From a virus (Duplodnaviria > Caudoviricetes), in IMG/VR virus record IMGVR_UViG_3300020042_005688, positions 1 through 25,634 of that record: DNA of 25,634 nucleotides; one strand, written 5' to 3'. Within the stretch, counting starts at the first letter, position 1. The number at the start of each line of letters is the position of its first letter. This document shows positions 6,531 to 15,720 of this stretch, one piece after another. Below the pieces are notes generated by a model. It was not told where the DNA came from, did not search any database, and worked only from the letters and a program-made list of their open reading frames with translations. The position numbers and the translations under genes were made by a program.

Positions 6531-6796
6531 CACCAGAACAACAACTATCGGAATCCCTGCTTGCAGCCTGCAAAGCGGCGGGGATTGAATCGCCCAGGTA
6601 TATCGCGCAGGATAAAGATGGCGAGGTATGGAGCTTTGATTTGAAACCAAGCAAAAAACAAACGACTTGGGACGGTGATAAGGCACAAAAAATTGATCAC
6701 CCGCCCTACGCCGACGACTGGAAAGAGAGCTTGCTGGAGTGGGTTGAGCCGCAAGAAGAGCCACTAGCGGACGTTCTTGCGCGGCATGGTGACTGA
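6527..6796 (+). CDS. Phage hypothetical protein
   Basis: YIAQDKDGEVW...P...W motif; ATGA-coupled. Confidence 0.65.
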   Translation: MTPEQQLSESLLAACKAAGIESPRYIAQDKDGEVWSFDLKPSKKQTTWDGDKAQKIDHPPYADDWKESLLEWVEPQEEPLADVLARHGD

Positions 6797-6838
6797 AATG
6801 TCGTGGGACGGCATGGCACGACGACATAAACAAAAACA

Positions 6839-7120
6839 ATGAAAATCTCCGACATCATCGAAATAGTCGCGGCAGAAATGGACGTGGATTCAACGCTTGT
6901 GACTAGCAAGACGCGGGTGCAGGCAGTAGCAGACGCTCGCGCAGTCGTGCAGGCAATCATGCGCGACCGTGGTTGGACATACGCTCGGATCGGGCTAGTT
7001 TTCTCTGCCGGTCACGATGCGGTCTGGAACAATTGCCGCAAGATCGAACAGGCACGAGCCATGGTTAAAGCTTACGATGCGGCAAAGACCGCGCTAACAA
7101 TCTCCCAGCCGAGTGGCTGA
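6839..7120 (+). CDS. DnaA domain IV-like HTH protein
   Basis: IIEIVA...V...SKTR.QAVADAR...TYARIGLVF..GHDAV matches the DnaA C-terminal fold pattern. Confidence 0.75.
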   Translation: MKISDIIEIVAAEMDVDSTLVTSKTRVQAVADARAVVQAIMRDRGWTYARIGLVFSAGHDAVWNNCRKIEQARAMVKAYDAAKTALTISQPSG

Positions 7121-7131
7121 CGGGAACTAAT

Positions 7132-7172
7132 GCCTCTAGACCTCGCAATGTTTCAGGCGCGGGGCTAGGGGC
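7132..7172 (+). other. Imperfect GC-rich hairpin at the early/late boundary
   Basis: GCCTCTAG/CTAGGGGC plus CCTCGC/GCGGGG with G-U pairs on the + strand; no U-tract. Confidence 0.5.
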
Positions 7173-7192
7173 GAACTCGCAACATTTGACGC

Positions 7193-7220
7193 TTGCCAAG
7201 CGCGCAAATTTCTGTATGTT
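7193..7220 (+). promoter_or_regulatory. Putative promoter, probably leaderless
   Basis: TTGCCA-N16-TATGTT, 6 nt before GTG 7227. Confidence 0.45.
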
Positions 7221-7226
7221 GCTTCC

Positions 7227-7502
7227 GTGACCACTACCACGGTGCATGCCATTGTTGGCAAAATCTACATGCTCGGAATCGGGATCAGCGAAGCGCAAAT
7301 CTTCGTCATCACCGATGGGAAAACTATGCGCGAAATCGCCACGCAAGCCAAAGCAAGCTTAGTTTTTGTCAACAATAAGCTCTGGAGCCTGACTCAAAAG
7401 GGCTTCATCGCCAAACGTGCAGGCAGACCTTCGACTTACCACCTGACCGCAGCAGGCAAGCGAGCAATCGCCGAACTGACCAGCGCAGAATCCACACGAT
7501 GA
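7227..7502 (+). CDS. Winged-helix (MarR/TrmB-like) DNA-binding protein
   Basis: TMREIATQAKASLVFVNNKLWSLTQKGFI...YHLTAAGK. Confidence 0.75.
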   Translation: MTTTTVHAIVGKIYMLGIGISEAQIFVITDGKTMREIATQAKASLVFVNNKLWSLTQKGFIAKRAGRPSTYHLTAAGKRAIAELTSAESTR

Positions 7503-9130
7503 ACTTATTCCTCCAAGCAATCGAAAACCTATCACGGCGCAAAGTAACGCCTTCGTGGTTCCGGTGGCGTGAGTGGTCAGCGATGGCACCGGCAATCCGC
7601 AATCGTTCGTTTTTCAGCGCCACAGTGACCTCAGCGCGCGTTCTGAACAAGATGCGCAACATGTTGCTGGATTGGCAAGCGGACGCCACAGAGGAGATCG
7701 TGGACGTAAATACGGGGCAGACCGTTACAGCCTACAAAGAAACAGGACTCGCCAAGTTCCGCGAAAAGTCGGCAGAGTTTTTGATCCAAGAAGGATTGGC
7801 AACACCGGCAGACTACAAGGACCAGAAAATCACCAACGTGATTTCAAACGCTCGCTTACAGTTGATTTACAATACCAACCTAGAGCAAGCTTCGACCTTC
7901 GCGCAGTGGCAAGGCAGGATGCGCAATGAGGACTGGCTCAATCTCAACCCCGCAGCACGCTTCGTCCGACGCCCGGGTGCACGCATCAAGCGGCAGCGCC
8001 ATGTCGAAGCCGAGGGCGACGTTCGACGATGGGACGACTTCGCCTATTGGCAGTTCCAAAACGCAGCGGACATTGGAGGCTTCGACGTTCCATGGGGTCC
8101 GTTTGGCTTCAACAGCTACATGATTCAGGAGCCAGTGAAAAGAGCCGAAGCCGAGCGCCGCAAGCTGGTCCGAAAAGGCGAACGAGTCAAAGCTCCGAAC
8201 GTCGCGCAATTCGGCGTTGACCTCGGAAAGCAATTCAATGCCGGTGTCGATGCGAACATTGATGACCTCACGCCCGAACTGGCAAACGAGGCACGGCAGG
8301 CGATCACTGACAGGCTCGGACCGCAGGCAATCGGTCGCGATGGCAAACCCACGCTCGATGCGCTGAAGCAGGCGCTAAGCGGCAACTACAAACCGATTGC
8401 AGCACCAGCGCCAGCGGCTAAGCCATTGCCAGTGCCTAGAAAGCGTGCAACGAAGAAGCCAGAACCAGAGACGGGCGAAACTGTTCCAGAAGGATCGAAA
8501 GTGGCAGACAAGATCGTATTCGGCAGGATCATAGGAAAAGAGAAAGAAGTCAGGAAGAAGTGGGACAAGGTAGCGGAAACAATCGACTCAATTCATGGAG
8601 ACGGTCCATTGCCACCAGCGCCGGTAATACATCAGGAATCTAGGGGATCTGTGAATGGACAATACCGGCGATTCGACAACGAAATAACCACATTCAAAGA
8701 AGAAGCGATCCCGATGACATTGACTCACGAAATCGGGCATTGGATCGATTATAGAGGATTCAGAAACATACCCGGTGCAGAGCCTCCAATGAAGGGAGAT
8801 AAGGTTTTTGCTTCGTATTCTCCACTATTCAAGAATTTCATAAAGATAGCTAAAAACAGCAGCAAGATAAAAGAGATCAAAACAGACTATCTCACTGCAA
8901 AATCTAAAAGATACCTGACATCGAATCACGAAATTTTTGCGCGTGCTTATGCTCAATACATTGCCACAAAGTCGAAGAATCCAGAAATGCTCGAAAACCT
9001 AAAAAATAGGCAGACCGGAGTGAAAGGGAACATCTATCCCGATCAGTGGGATGATGACGACTTTGTTCCGCTATATAACGAAATCGAAACCATATTCAAA
9101 CAAATCGGATGGCTAAAAATATCAAAATGA
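7499..9130 (+). CDS. MuF/gp7-like minor head protein with C-terminal zincin-like metallopeptidase domain
   Basis: N-terminal RSFFSATV, ARLQLIYNTN, R.RH, PWGPFGFNS (MuF-like); Pro/Ala/Lys linker; C-terminal HEIGH and downstream EIFARAYAQY. Confidence 0.75.
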   Translation: MNLFLQAIENLSRRKVTPSWFRWREWSAMAPAIRNRSFFSATVTSARVLNKMRNMLLDWQADATEEIVDVNTGQTVTAYKETGLAKFREKSAEFLIQEGLATPADYKDQKITNVISNARLQLIYNTNLEQASTFAQWQGRMRNEDWLNLNPAARFVRRPGARIKRQRHVEAEGDVRRWDDFAYWQFQNAADIGGFDVPWGPFGFNSYMIQEPVKRAEAERRKLVRKGERVKAPNVAQFGVDLGKQFNAGVDANIDDLTPELANEARQAITDRLGPQAIGRDGKPTLDALKQALSGNYKPIAAPAPAAKPLPVPRKRATKKPEPETGETVPEGSKVADKIVFGRIIGKEKEVRKKWDKVAETIDSIHGDGPLPPAPVIHQESRGSVNGQYRRFDNEITTFKEEAIPMTLTHEIGHWIDYRGFRNIPGAEPPMKGDKVFASYSPLFKNFIKIAKNSSKIKEIKTDYLTAKSKRYLTSNHEIFARAYAQYIATKSKNPEMLENLKNRQTGVKGNIYPDQWDDDDFVPLYNEIETIFKQIGWLKISK

Positions 9131-9270
9131 TCAACAGTATAATCGACGACCTCGCACGCGGAAAATACGACTCTGTCGATGAAGCGGTAGAGGATCTAAT
9201 TTCCTATGGCGAAGATCCAGAGATTGCGCTCAATAGCGTGCTGGCAATGGCACAAGTCGATGTCATCTAA
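9109..9270 (+). CDS. Small acidic protein (candidate immunity/partner); start 9109 or 9127
   Basis: (MAKNIK)MINSIIDDLARGKYDSVDEAVEDLISYGEDPEIALNSVLAMAQVDVI; ATG 9127 overlaps the MuF stop (ATGA). Confidence 0.6.
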   Translation: MAKNIKMINSIIDDLARGKYDSVDEAVEDLISYGEDPEIALNSVLAMAQVDVI

Positions 9271-9309
9271 AATGCAATAACTAGCTGATAAACAAGATTT
9301 TAAAGACCC

Positions 9310-9855
9310 ATGAAAACACGTCAAGCAAAAAAAAATGACCCATTGGAAAATCAAGGGAAAAAGGTTCGAGGGCGTCCAACTTTGGCGAACGATGAGCGCA
9401 AAAATACGATTCTCGATGGCATTTCAAAAGGAACGCCATTGACTGTCATCTGTCGCGATCTTGGCATTGCTGACTCGACAGTGCGGGATTGGATGGGCAA
9501 TGACGAAATCTTTTCACGCGACATCGCGAGCGCGAGAATTCTGGGATTCGACGCAATCGCAATGGAGGCTCTGCGCATTGCTGACACGCCATTAGACGGC
9601 ATCGAACACACCGACACACCAGACGGTCCGAGGATCAAGCGCTCCGATATGCTAGGTCATCGCAAGCTACAAGTCGAGACGCGGCTCAAACTACTCGCTA
9701 AGTGGGACCCGAAACGTTACGGCGACATGATGCGTCAAGAAATCAGCGGACCAGACGGCGCTCCAATTACTCAAGCGACTGTTTCACTTTCACCTGAGCA
9801 GGAAGTCAATCTTGCCGCACTCGTTGAACTAGCCAAGGGCAAAGCGAAAAAATGA
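9310..9855 (+). CDS. terS: Terminase small subunit (Sf6-like)
   Basis: GRPT, HTH (ICRDLGIADSTVRDW), RKLQVETRLKLLAKWDPKRYGD, EISGPDGAPI; coupled to terL. Confidence 0.85.
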   Translation: MKTRQAKKNDPLENQGKKVRGRPTLANDERKNTILDGISKGTPLTVICRDLGIADSTVRDWMGNDEIFSRDIASARILGFDAIAMEALRIADTPLDGIEHTDTPDGPRIKRSDMLGHRKLQVETRLKLLAKWDPKRYGDMMRQEISGPDGAPITQATVSLSPEQEVNLAALVELAKGKAKK

Positions 9856-11201
9856 CCCCGACGGAATTCTGCGTCCGAGTTCTAGGAATCGTGCCATACC
9901 TCTGGCAGTGCGAAGCCATGGAGTCGGTCGCGATGGAACAGCCGACGAGCGTAGTCGCAGCGAACGGCAGCGGCAAGACGGCGCGGCTTGTGGCACCGCT
10001 TGTGCTGTGGTTCCTGCATGAGTTCCCGCGTGGTCAGTGCATCTTCACATCAGGCTCGTGGATGCAGATTGAGAAGCAGCTCTGGGGCGCGGTGAAGGTC
10101 TACCAGCACAGGTTCCCGCATTGGCGATTCATGAGCGAGGAACTGCGCACGCCCGAAGGTGGCTATGCTTTCGGATTCTCGACCGACAACTCAGGACGAG
10201 CCGAAGGACATCACCCGAAGATCGGCGGTGATGTTGATCCAGTTTTTCTCATCATCGACGAAGCCAAGACGGTGCCGGACGCAATCTTCGAGGCGTTCGA
10301 CCGATGCACGCGGAAGTTCGAGCTTTGGGTGTCATCGCCGGGAGCTCCACGCGGTCAGTTCTATGATTCATTCCATAAAAATTCATCGCTCTACAAGACG
10401 ATCCGAGTTCCATCCACGGACTGCGCACACATCAGCGCGGAGAAGCGCGAACTGGATCGCCTGAAATATGGTGAATCTCACCCGCTTTACCGGTCCAAGC
10501 ATCTCGCCGAGTTCACCGAGGACTTCGACCGACTTGTGCTAGCTCCTGACCTTTTGCGTAACGCTCTCGACATTCAGCCTAAACCAGCTCCATTCGGCGA
10601 GGTAGTGGCGTTCTGTGACTTTGCAGCAGGACGTGACGAAAACGTTCTGGCAATCCGACGAGGTAATCATGCTCGCATCGTCCGAGCATGGCAGGAACGG
10701 GACACAGTTCAGGCAGCTCGGGAATTTATACGAATGTTTGAGGCGGAGGGACTAAGCGCTGGGCAGGTATGGGGCGATGCCGACGGACTAGGAACAGGCT
10801 TCTGCGACCAGTTCGCCGAGCTTGGATGGCACATCAACCGCTTCCATGGCGGCAAGCCAGCGAGCGAAAAAGACGAATATGCAAACCTGATTGCGCAGGT
10901 CTGGCACGTTGCTAGTCGTGAGCTGGAGCGCGGGAGAATCCACGTCGGCGAACTCGATCCGATGACATTCTCACAGATCACCACGCGAAAAAGCGAATGG
11001 AACGAGACAGGCAAGTTGAGAGTCGAATCGAAGGAGAAGATGGCAGCGAAAAGCATGAAGTCACCGGACCGTGCAGACGCATTGCTTGCTTGCATTGCAC
11101 TCGGCAGTCGCATCAGCGGCGCCATGACGGGAGCAGCATCGGTTACCACATCACGGAACACATTCGCCAGTCGAACCGTTCGAGGGTTTAACGCTCTGTA
11201 A
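9852..11201 (+). CDS. terL: Terminase large subunit
   Basis: Walker A AANGSGKT, Walker B LIIDEA, motif III SSP, nuclease CDFAAGRDEN and SPDRADAL. Confidence 0.92.
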   Translation: MTPTEFCVRVLGIVPYLWQCEAMESVAMEQPTSVVAANGSGKTARLVAPLVLWFLHEFPRGQCIFTSGSWMQIEKQLWGAVKVYQHRFPHWRFMSEELRTPEGGYAFGFSTDNSGRAEGHHPKIGGDVDPVFLIIDEAKTVPDAIFEAFDRCTRKFELWVSSPGAPRGQFYDSFHKNSSLYKTIRVPSTDCAHISAEKRELDRLKYGESHPLYRSKHLAEFTEDFDRLVLAPDLLRNALDIQPKPAPFGEVVAFCDFAAGRDENVLAIRRGNHARIVRAWQERDTVQAAREFIRMFEAEGLSAGQVWGDADGLGTGFCDQFAELGWHINRFHGGKPASEKDEYANLIAQVWHVASRELERGRIHVGELDPMTFSQITTRKSEWNETGKLRVESKEKMAAKSMKSPDRADALLACIALGSRISGAMTGAASVTTSRNTFASRTVRGFNAL

Positions 11202-11209
11202 ATTTGAGC

Positions 11210-11238
11210 TTGCCATTGGCTCTGTGACGTGCTATTGC
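11210..11238 (+). promoter_or_regulatory. Putative internal promoter before portal
   Basis: TTGCCA-N17-TATTGC with TG extension; if real, it favours the ATG at 11249. Confidence 0.35.
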
Positions 11239-11239
11239 C

Positions 11240-12877
11240 ATGCTCACCATGACCGCAGACGAACGAAAGGGCATCGTAGCGCCTTTGCCAGCTTCCTACC
11301 GCACGCAGGACTATGACCTTGCCAATGTAACACCAGAGCAGGTGCGTAGCATTCTGCGCAACGTGCGCACCGGCAAGCTGGAGGATCAAGATCGGCTTTT
11401 CCGCATGATGGTCGATTCGTGGTCTCGCCTGCGCAAGTGCATCAATGAAGTGGCTGGCAACGTGACGGCTCTCGACATCATCATCAAGCCAGCTATTCGC
11501 GAAGGCGCCGAGGAGCCAACACCGCAGGCATTGCAGATCCACGAGACAGTAGAACGAGCGCTTGAATCGTATGCACCGCGTCCGAGTCATTGGGAACTGG
11601 ACACAAAGGGAATGATGAAGGCGCTCATTGACGCCTACGCGAAAGGCATCAGCGTCGTGGAAATCATCTGGCACACCGAGAACGGCATCGTTTCACCGCG
11701 TTGCTACGCTCCAGTGCCTGCTAAATATCTCGCCTATCCATCCGCATCGAACGAGATCGACAGGCTCATGATGGCACCGAACGGAGTCAACTACGACACG
11801 CTCATTGACTTCCCGCCCGACAAGTTCCTGATCGCCATCTGGCAACAAGGCGGCTGTCACCCGATCCATTCTGCAAACCTCCGCGCTCTCACGAAGTTCT
11901 GGCTCGGTGCAATCTACGGGCTGGGCTGGTTCATGCAATACGCGCAGCTCTATTCGATCCCTTGGCGACATGCGGAAACCGACGGCAGCGATGAAGCGAT
12001 GATGAAGGCGCAGGAGATGCTAGAGAACATTGGCACGAGTGGCTACGCAGTCACAGGACCGGGTGTGAAGTTCTCGATCATGGACGGCATCAAGGGCGGC
12101 GAATCGTTGCCACAGGTGGCGCTCATGAATGAGTCAGACAAAGCTTGCGACATTCTCATGCTCGGACAAACTCTCACCACAGACGTGGGCGACAGCGGAA
12201 GCCGAGCGCTTGGCGACGTCCACGCTACGGTCCGCGGCGACATCTTACAGGCGGTGGCAACATGGATCGGGCAGGTCATCACCACGCAGTTGATCCCAGC
12301 AATCGTGCGCATGAACTACGGTGCCAGCATCGCCAGCGAGGACATGCCTTACGCTGAAATCGTAATACCGAAGCCGAAGGATGAGAAGGCAATCGCAGAG
12401 CGCATCAAGATCGTCACGAAGGACATCGGACTGCCAGTCTCGAACAAGTGGATCTACAACGAACTAGGAGTCGAAGAACCTCAAGAGGGCGAGGCACTAT
12501 TCGGCGAAGTCGAAGATCCGCTTCCGTTGCTTCCTGAAATCACCGAGGCGGCGCGCGCTGACATTGACCTGCGTCCGACCGAGGACATGGCGAAGGCAGC
12601 ACAAGACGCTCTCGAAATCCGCAGGCAGAAGCCAGCATCACAGCGTGGTATGACATCGGTCGGCATCGCACGAGCAAGGGACATCTCCAATCGTTCTGAG
12701 CTATCGCCCGAGACAGTCAAGCGCATGGTATCATTCTTTGCTCGCCATGAAATCGACAAGAAAGGCGAGACATGGGATGAGAAAGGAAAAGGCTGGCAAG
12801 CATGGAATGGATGGGGCGGCGATGCTGGCAGAGAGTGGGCAAACGCAAAGCTTAAGCAAATCGAAAATGGACGATGA
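11240..12877 (+). CDS. Portal protein (Mu gp29/DUF935-like) with extra C-terminal domain
   Basis: DAYAKGISVVEIIW, WFMQYAQLYSIPWR, MLGQTLTT..G.SGSRALGDVH motifs; follows terL. Confidence 0.9.
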   Translation: MLTMTADERKGIVAPLPASYRTQDYDLANVTPEQVRSILRNVRTGKLEDQDRLFRMMVDSWSRLRKCINEVAGNVTALDIIIKPAIREGAEEPTPQALQIHETVERALESYAPRPSHWELDTKGMMKALIDAYAKGISVVEIIWHTENGIVSPRCYAPVPAKYLAYPSASNEIDRLMMAPNGVNYDTLIDFPPDKFLIAIWQQGGCHPIHSANLRALTKFWLGAIYGLGWFMQYAQLYSIPWRHAETDGSDEAMMKAQEMLENIGTSGYAVTGPGVKFSIMDGIKGGESLPQVALMNESDKACDILMLGQTLTTDVGDSGSRALGDVHATVRGDILQAVATWIGQVITTQLIPAIVRMNYGASIASEDMPYAEIVIPKPKDEKAIAERIKIVTKDIGLPVSNKWIYNELGVEEPQEGEALFGEVEDPLPLLPEITEAARADIDLRPTEDMAKAAQDALEIRRQKPASQRGMTSVGIARARDISNRSELSPETVKRMVSFFARHEIDKKGETWDEKGKGWQAWNGWGGDAGREWANAKLKQIENGR

Positions 12878-13106
12878 ACAGATGCGTGAAGTTGCGGGAC
12901 AATGGCTCTCGCCGGTGGATCAGATCTTTGCCGACTTGATCGACAAAAGCTATCGCATGACGGCAGGCGCATTTCAGATCGAGGTCGAGCAAGTCATCGA
13001 GCGCATACCACAGTTGTTTTTCATGCTCGACAAACGAGCGCTTGAAACATCGCTGGAGAATGAGATCGGCGCGGCAATCGTCAAATCACTGGAACGAGAA
13101 CTATGA
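12867..13106 (+). CDS. 79-aa helical protein resembling the Mu-type portal C-terminus
   Basis: MDDEQMREVAGQWLSPVDQIFADLI...IPQLFFMLDKRALETSL; start overlaps the portal end and stop is ATGA-coupled. Confidence 0.65.
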   Translation: MDDEQMREVAGQWLSPVDQIFADLIDKSYRMTAGAFQIEVEQVIERIPQLFFMLDKRALETSLENEIGAAIVKSLEREL

Positions 13107-13708
13107 AAATCACAATCACGGCGACGGGACTCGATCCAGTCAAAGCATCCATAATCCGATTGCAATCGGCATCGGTGCGCAAAATCGCTGTGATGACCGG
13201 AGCGCAGGACGCGCTGGAAGTCGTCGAAAAATACTATAACATGGGTGGGTCAAAGCTTTGGGAAAATCCATCTCTGCCGACTCATGGACCGGGACGTAAG
13301 AAAACTCAATGGTGGCGAAAAGTAGCAGGCTCATGGTCGATCATGGGCGCGAGCGGATCAGGCGTGACGCTGCGCAGCAAGGGTGCCATCGGATTCTCTC
13401 ACAAGGTAACCGGCGGCACGATTACCGCCCGACGTGCAAAGTTCCTCACGATTCCCATCGTGCCAGAAGCGCACGGGCTGACAGCTCGCACATACAGCAA
13501 GACGATTGCCAAGCTATTTGCCGTCAAAGGCGTGCTAGCGCAAGCAGATGAAAACTCACCGACTGGCATCAAGCCGGTATTCTTGTTGAAGAAATCAATC
13601 ACGCAGAAGCCATGGCAAAACGCTCTGCCACCTGAGAAAACATACCTTGATGCGTTCACGAATGGAGCGCTAGAAAGCATCATTGCACAGGTCGAAAGTG
13701 CTACTTAA
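13103..13708 (+). CDS. Virion morphogenesis protein (Mu gpG-like)
   Basis: Basic protein, MKITI start, GGTITARRAKFLTIP; lies between portal and protease as in Mu. Confidence 0.6.
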   Translation: MKITITATGLDPVKASIIRLQSASVRKIAVMTGAQDALEVVEKYYNMGGSKLWENPSLPTHGPGRKKTQWWRKVAGSWSIMGASGSGVTLRSKGAIGFSHKVTGGTITARRAKFLTIPIVPEAHGLTARTYSKTIAKLFAVKGVLAQADENSPTGIKPVFLLKKSITQKPWQNALPPEKTYLDAFTNGALESIIAQVESAT

Positions 13709-13755
13709 AGAAAAGTAATTACAAGCCGAAAGCGAGTGGTAATCTCTTACTCGAA

Positions 13756-14751
13756 ATGGCGAACGAAATTATCAGTGCATCTTTTCAGACCGAGGTTGAA
13801 ACCTTGGCTGAGTGCATTGTTTATCTTCCTGAAGGTGAGCATGAAATCCATGCTACGGTCAATGGCAAGCCTGCCAAGCGCAAGGTCAAGGTCGATGAGT
13901 CGATCCTCGCTTCGTTCACGAACGACTTGCAAGCTCGCCAATCTCGCAACGTGCGACCATTCGCAGGCTTCGACCACAAAGCCGGTCCTGCATCATTCAT
14001 TCCCAAAGAGTTTCGATATGAAACGGGCGTTGGACTTGTGCTGGACATCGAGTGGACACAAGCAGGCAAAAGCGCCATCGAGGGCAAAGACTACTCCTAC
14101 TTCTCTCCTAACTTTCTTCTTGCCAACGGCACGCCAGCAGGTCTGCCGACTCACGGTGAGATCGGCTCACTTGTTAACGAGCCAGCATTCGAGGCGATGG
14201 AAAAGATCGCTGCATCATACAACGAAACCAATATGGACATCAAACCACTAATCGAACTCGGACTTGTTGCCGAGGATGTAGACCCGGAGAAAGCAATGGA
14301 AATTGCCAAGCTCGAAATCGAAGCCATGAAAAGCAAGATCGCTGAGATCGAAGCTGGTTACATGACTAAGGAAGCCGACGCAGTGCAAGCTGCTGCCAAC
14401 CATGCGACCGAGCTTGAAACAGTCGTTGCATCGCGTGACGCACTCGCCAGCGAAGTTGAAACACTCAAAGCATCTCTCGCTGAAATCGAGGATAAAGCTG
14501 CTGACAGCGTGATCGAGGAAGCCGTCAAAGCTGGTCGCATCGCTCCGCAAGATGACAAAGCCAAATCGTTCTGGAAGGCACAAATCAAAGCCGACAAGAG
14601 CAATCTTGAAATTCTCAACGCCATCCCAGCCAAACCAGTCAACGGTGAAACCGTTCTTGCTGGCAAAGCCGAAGAAGGCACCAAGCAAACCGAACTGAAA
14701 GGTCTCGATAAAGTCGAAGCCGCTTTCAAAGCTCAAAAACACTCTCACTAA
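13756..14751 (+). CDS. Mu I-like prohead protease with C-terminal scaffold
   Basis: FDH, IEWTQAG..AI..KDYSYFSP.F, GSLVNEPA; coiled-coil C-terminus with AVKAGRIAP; possible internal ATG at 14233. Confidence 0.88.
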   Translation: MANEIISASFQTEVETLAECIVYLPEGEHEIHATVNGKPAKRKVKVDESILASFTNDLQARQSRNVRPFAGFDHKAGPASFIPKEFRYETGVGLVLDIEWTQAGKSAIEGKDYSYFSPNFLLANGTPAGLPTHGEIGSLVNEPAFEAMEKIAASYNETNMDIKPLIELGLVAEDVDPEKAMEIAKLEIEAMKSKIAEIEAGYMTKEADAVQAAANHATELETVVASRDALASEVETLKASLAEIEDKAADSVIEEAVKAGRIAPQDDKAKSFWKAQIKADKSNLEILNAIPAKPVNGETVLAGKAEEGTKQTELKGLDKVEAAFKAQKHSH

Positions 14752-14763
14752 ACAAACAATACT

Positions 14764-15702
14764 ATGCCAAACAACCTAACTCTGTTAGACCTTGCCAAGC
14801 TCAACGGACATGATCCCATCGTCGGTCTGATTGAGGAAGTCGCCAGTGCCTCGCCCGAGGTGACAACCATCCCAGCACGCACGATCCGCGGCACGTCCTA
14901 CAAGACAGTGACCCGCAACAGTCGTCCTAGCGTTGCATTCCGTCAAGCCAACGAAGGCACGGATGCTACCAAGTCGAACTTCACCGAACGTCTGGTTGAG
15001 TGCTTTATTCTCTCCGCTCGCGTTGAAGTCGATAAGGCTGTTGCTCGCGGTTACGAGGACGGTGCCGAGGCTCTCCAAGCCATCGAGGCAATGGGAGTTA
15101 TGCGCGCTGCTCTGACCACCGTTGGAACACAAACCATCTATGGCGACAACGCAAGCTCGAAAGGCTTCGCTGGTCTGCAAACATTGGTTAGCGCTCTTGG
15201 CAGTGACATCGTAGTTGACGCAGGCGGAACAACCTCTTCGACCGGTTCCTCGGTCTACGCTATCAAGGCTGGCAATACTGGCGTGCAATACGTCTACGGT
15301 AACGGCACGACCTTCGACCTCTCGCCATTCCGCGAAGGCGACGCAGTTGATGCAGACGCCAAACGTTACGCAGCATTCATCGCTGACCTCACCGCATGGA
15401 TCGGCTTCCAGTGCGTTAACAAGCATGCAATCGGTCGTTTGAAAGACCTCACCGCAGACAGCGGCAAAGGATGCACCGACGCCAAGATTGCCGAGCTTCT
15501 CAGCAAGTTCCCAGTTGGCGAGCGTCCGACTCACTTGCTCATGTCGCGCCGTTCCGCATTCCAGTTGCAAATCAGCCGGAACACAACCCCATCCACCAAG
15601 CAGGAAGCCTTCACTGGCATCCTTCCCGGTGTGCCAACGGAATCCTTTGGAGTTCCAATCATCATCACCGACTCGATCGTTGACACCGAAACCCTCAGCT
15701 AA
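14764..15702 (+). CDS. Major capsid protein (HK97 fold, epsilon15/BPP-1-like)
   Basis: LTLLDLAK, P.VAFRQANEG...KS, EVDKA, FGVPIIITDSIVDTE; strong codon bias; follows the protease. Confidence 0.88.
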   Translation: MPNNLTLLDLAKLNGHDPIVGLIEEVASASPEVTTIPARTIRGTSYKTVTRNSRPSVAFRQANEGTDATKSNFTERLVECFILSARVEVDKAVARGYEDGAEALQAIEAMGVMRAALTTVGTQTIYGDNASSKGFAGLQTLVSALGSDIVVDAGGTTSSTGSSVYAIKAGNTGVQYVYGNGTTFDLSPFREGDAVDADAKRYAAFIADLTAWIGFQCVNKHAIGRLKDLTADSGKGCTDAKIAELLSKFPVGERPTHLLMSRRSAFQLQISRNTTPSTKQEAFTGILPGVPTESFGVPIIITDSIVDTETLS

Positions 15703-15720
15703 TTCTAACTAAATCAAATC

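Noticed and set aside
6798-6827. Small hairpin ATGTCGT/ACGACAT before the DnaA-C-like gene
   Set aside because: Short, with no U-tract; could be chance.
10709-11674. 321-aa minus-strand ORF
   Set aside because: Antisense shadow across terL and portal, with no recognisable motifs.
12738-12866. Upstream extension of ORF 12738-13106
   Set aside because: Overlaps the portal's C-terminal domain in another frame; ATG 12867 is the more plausible start.
14785-15570. 261-aa minus-strand ORF
   Set aside because: Antisense to the strongly codon-biased capsid gene, a typical shadow ORF.
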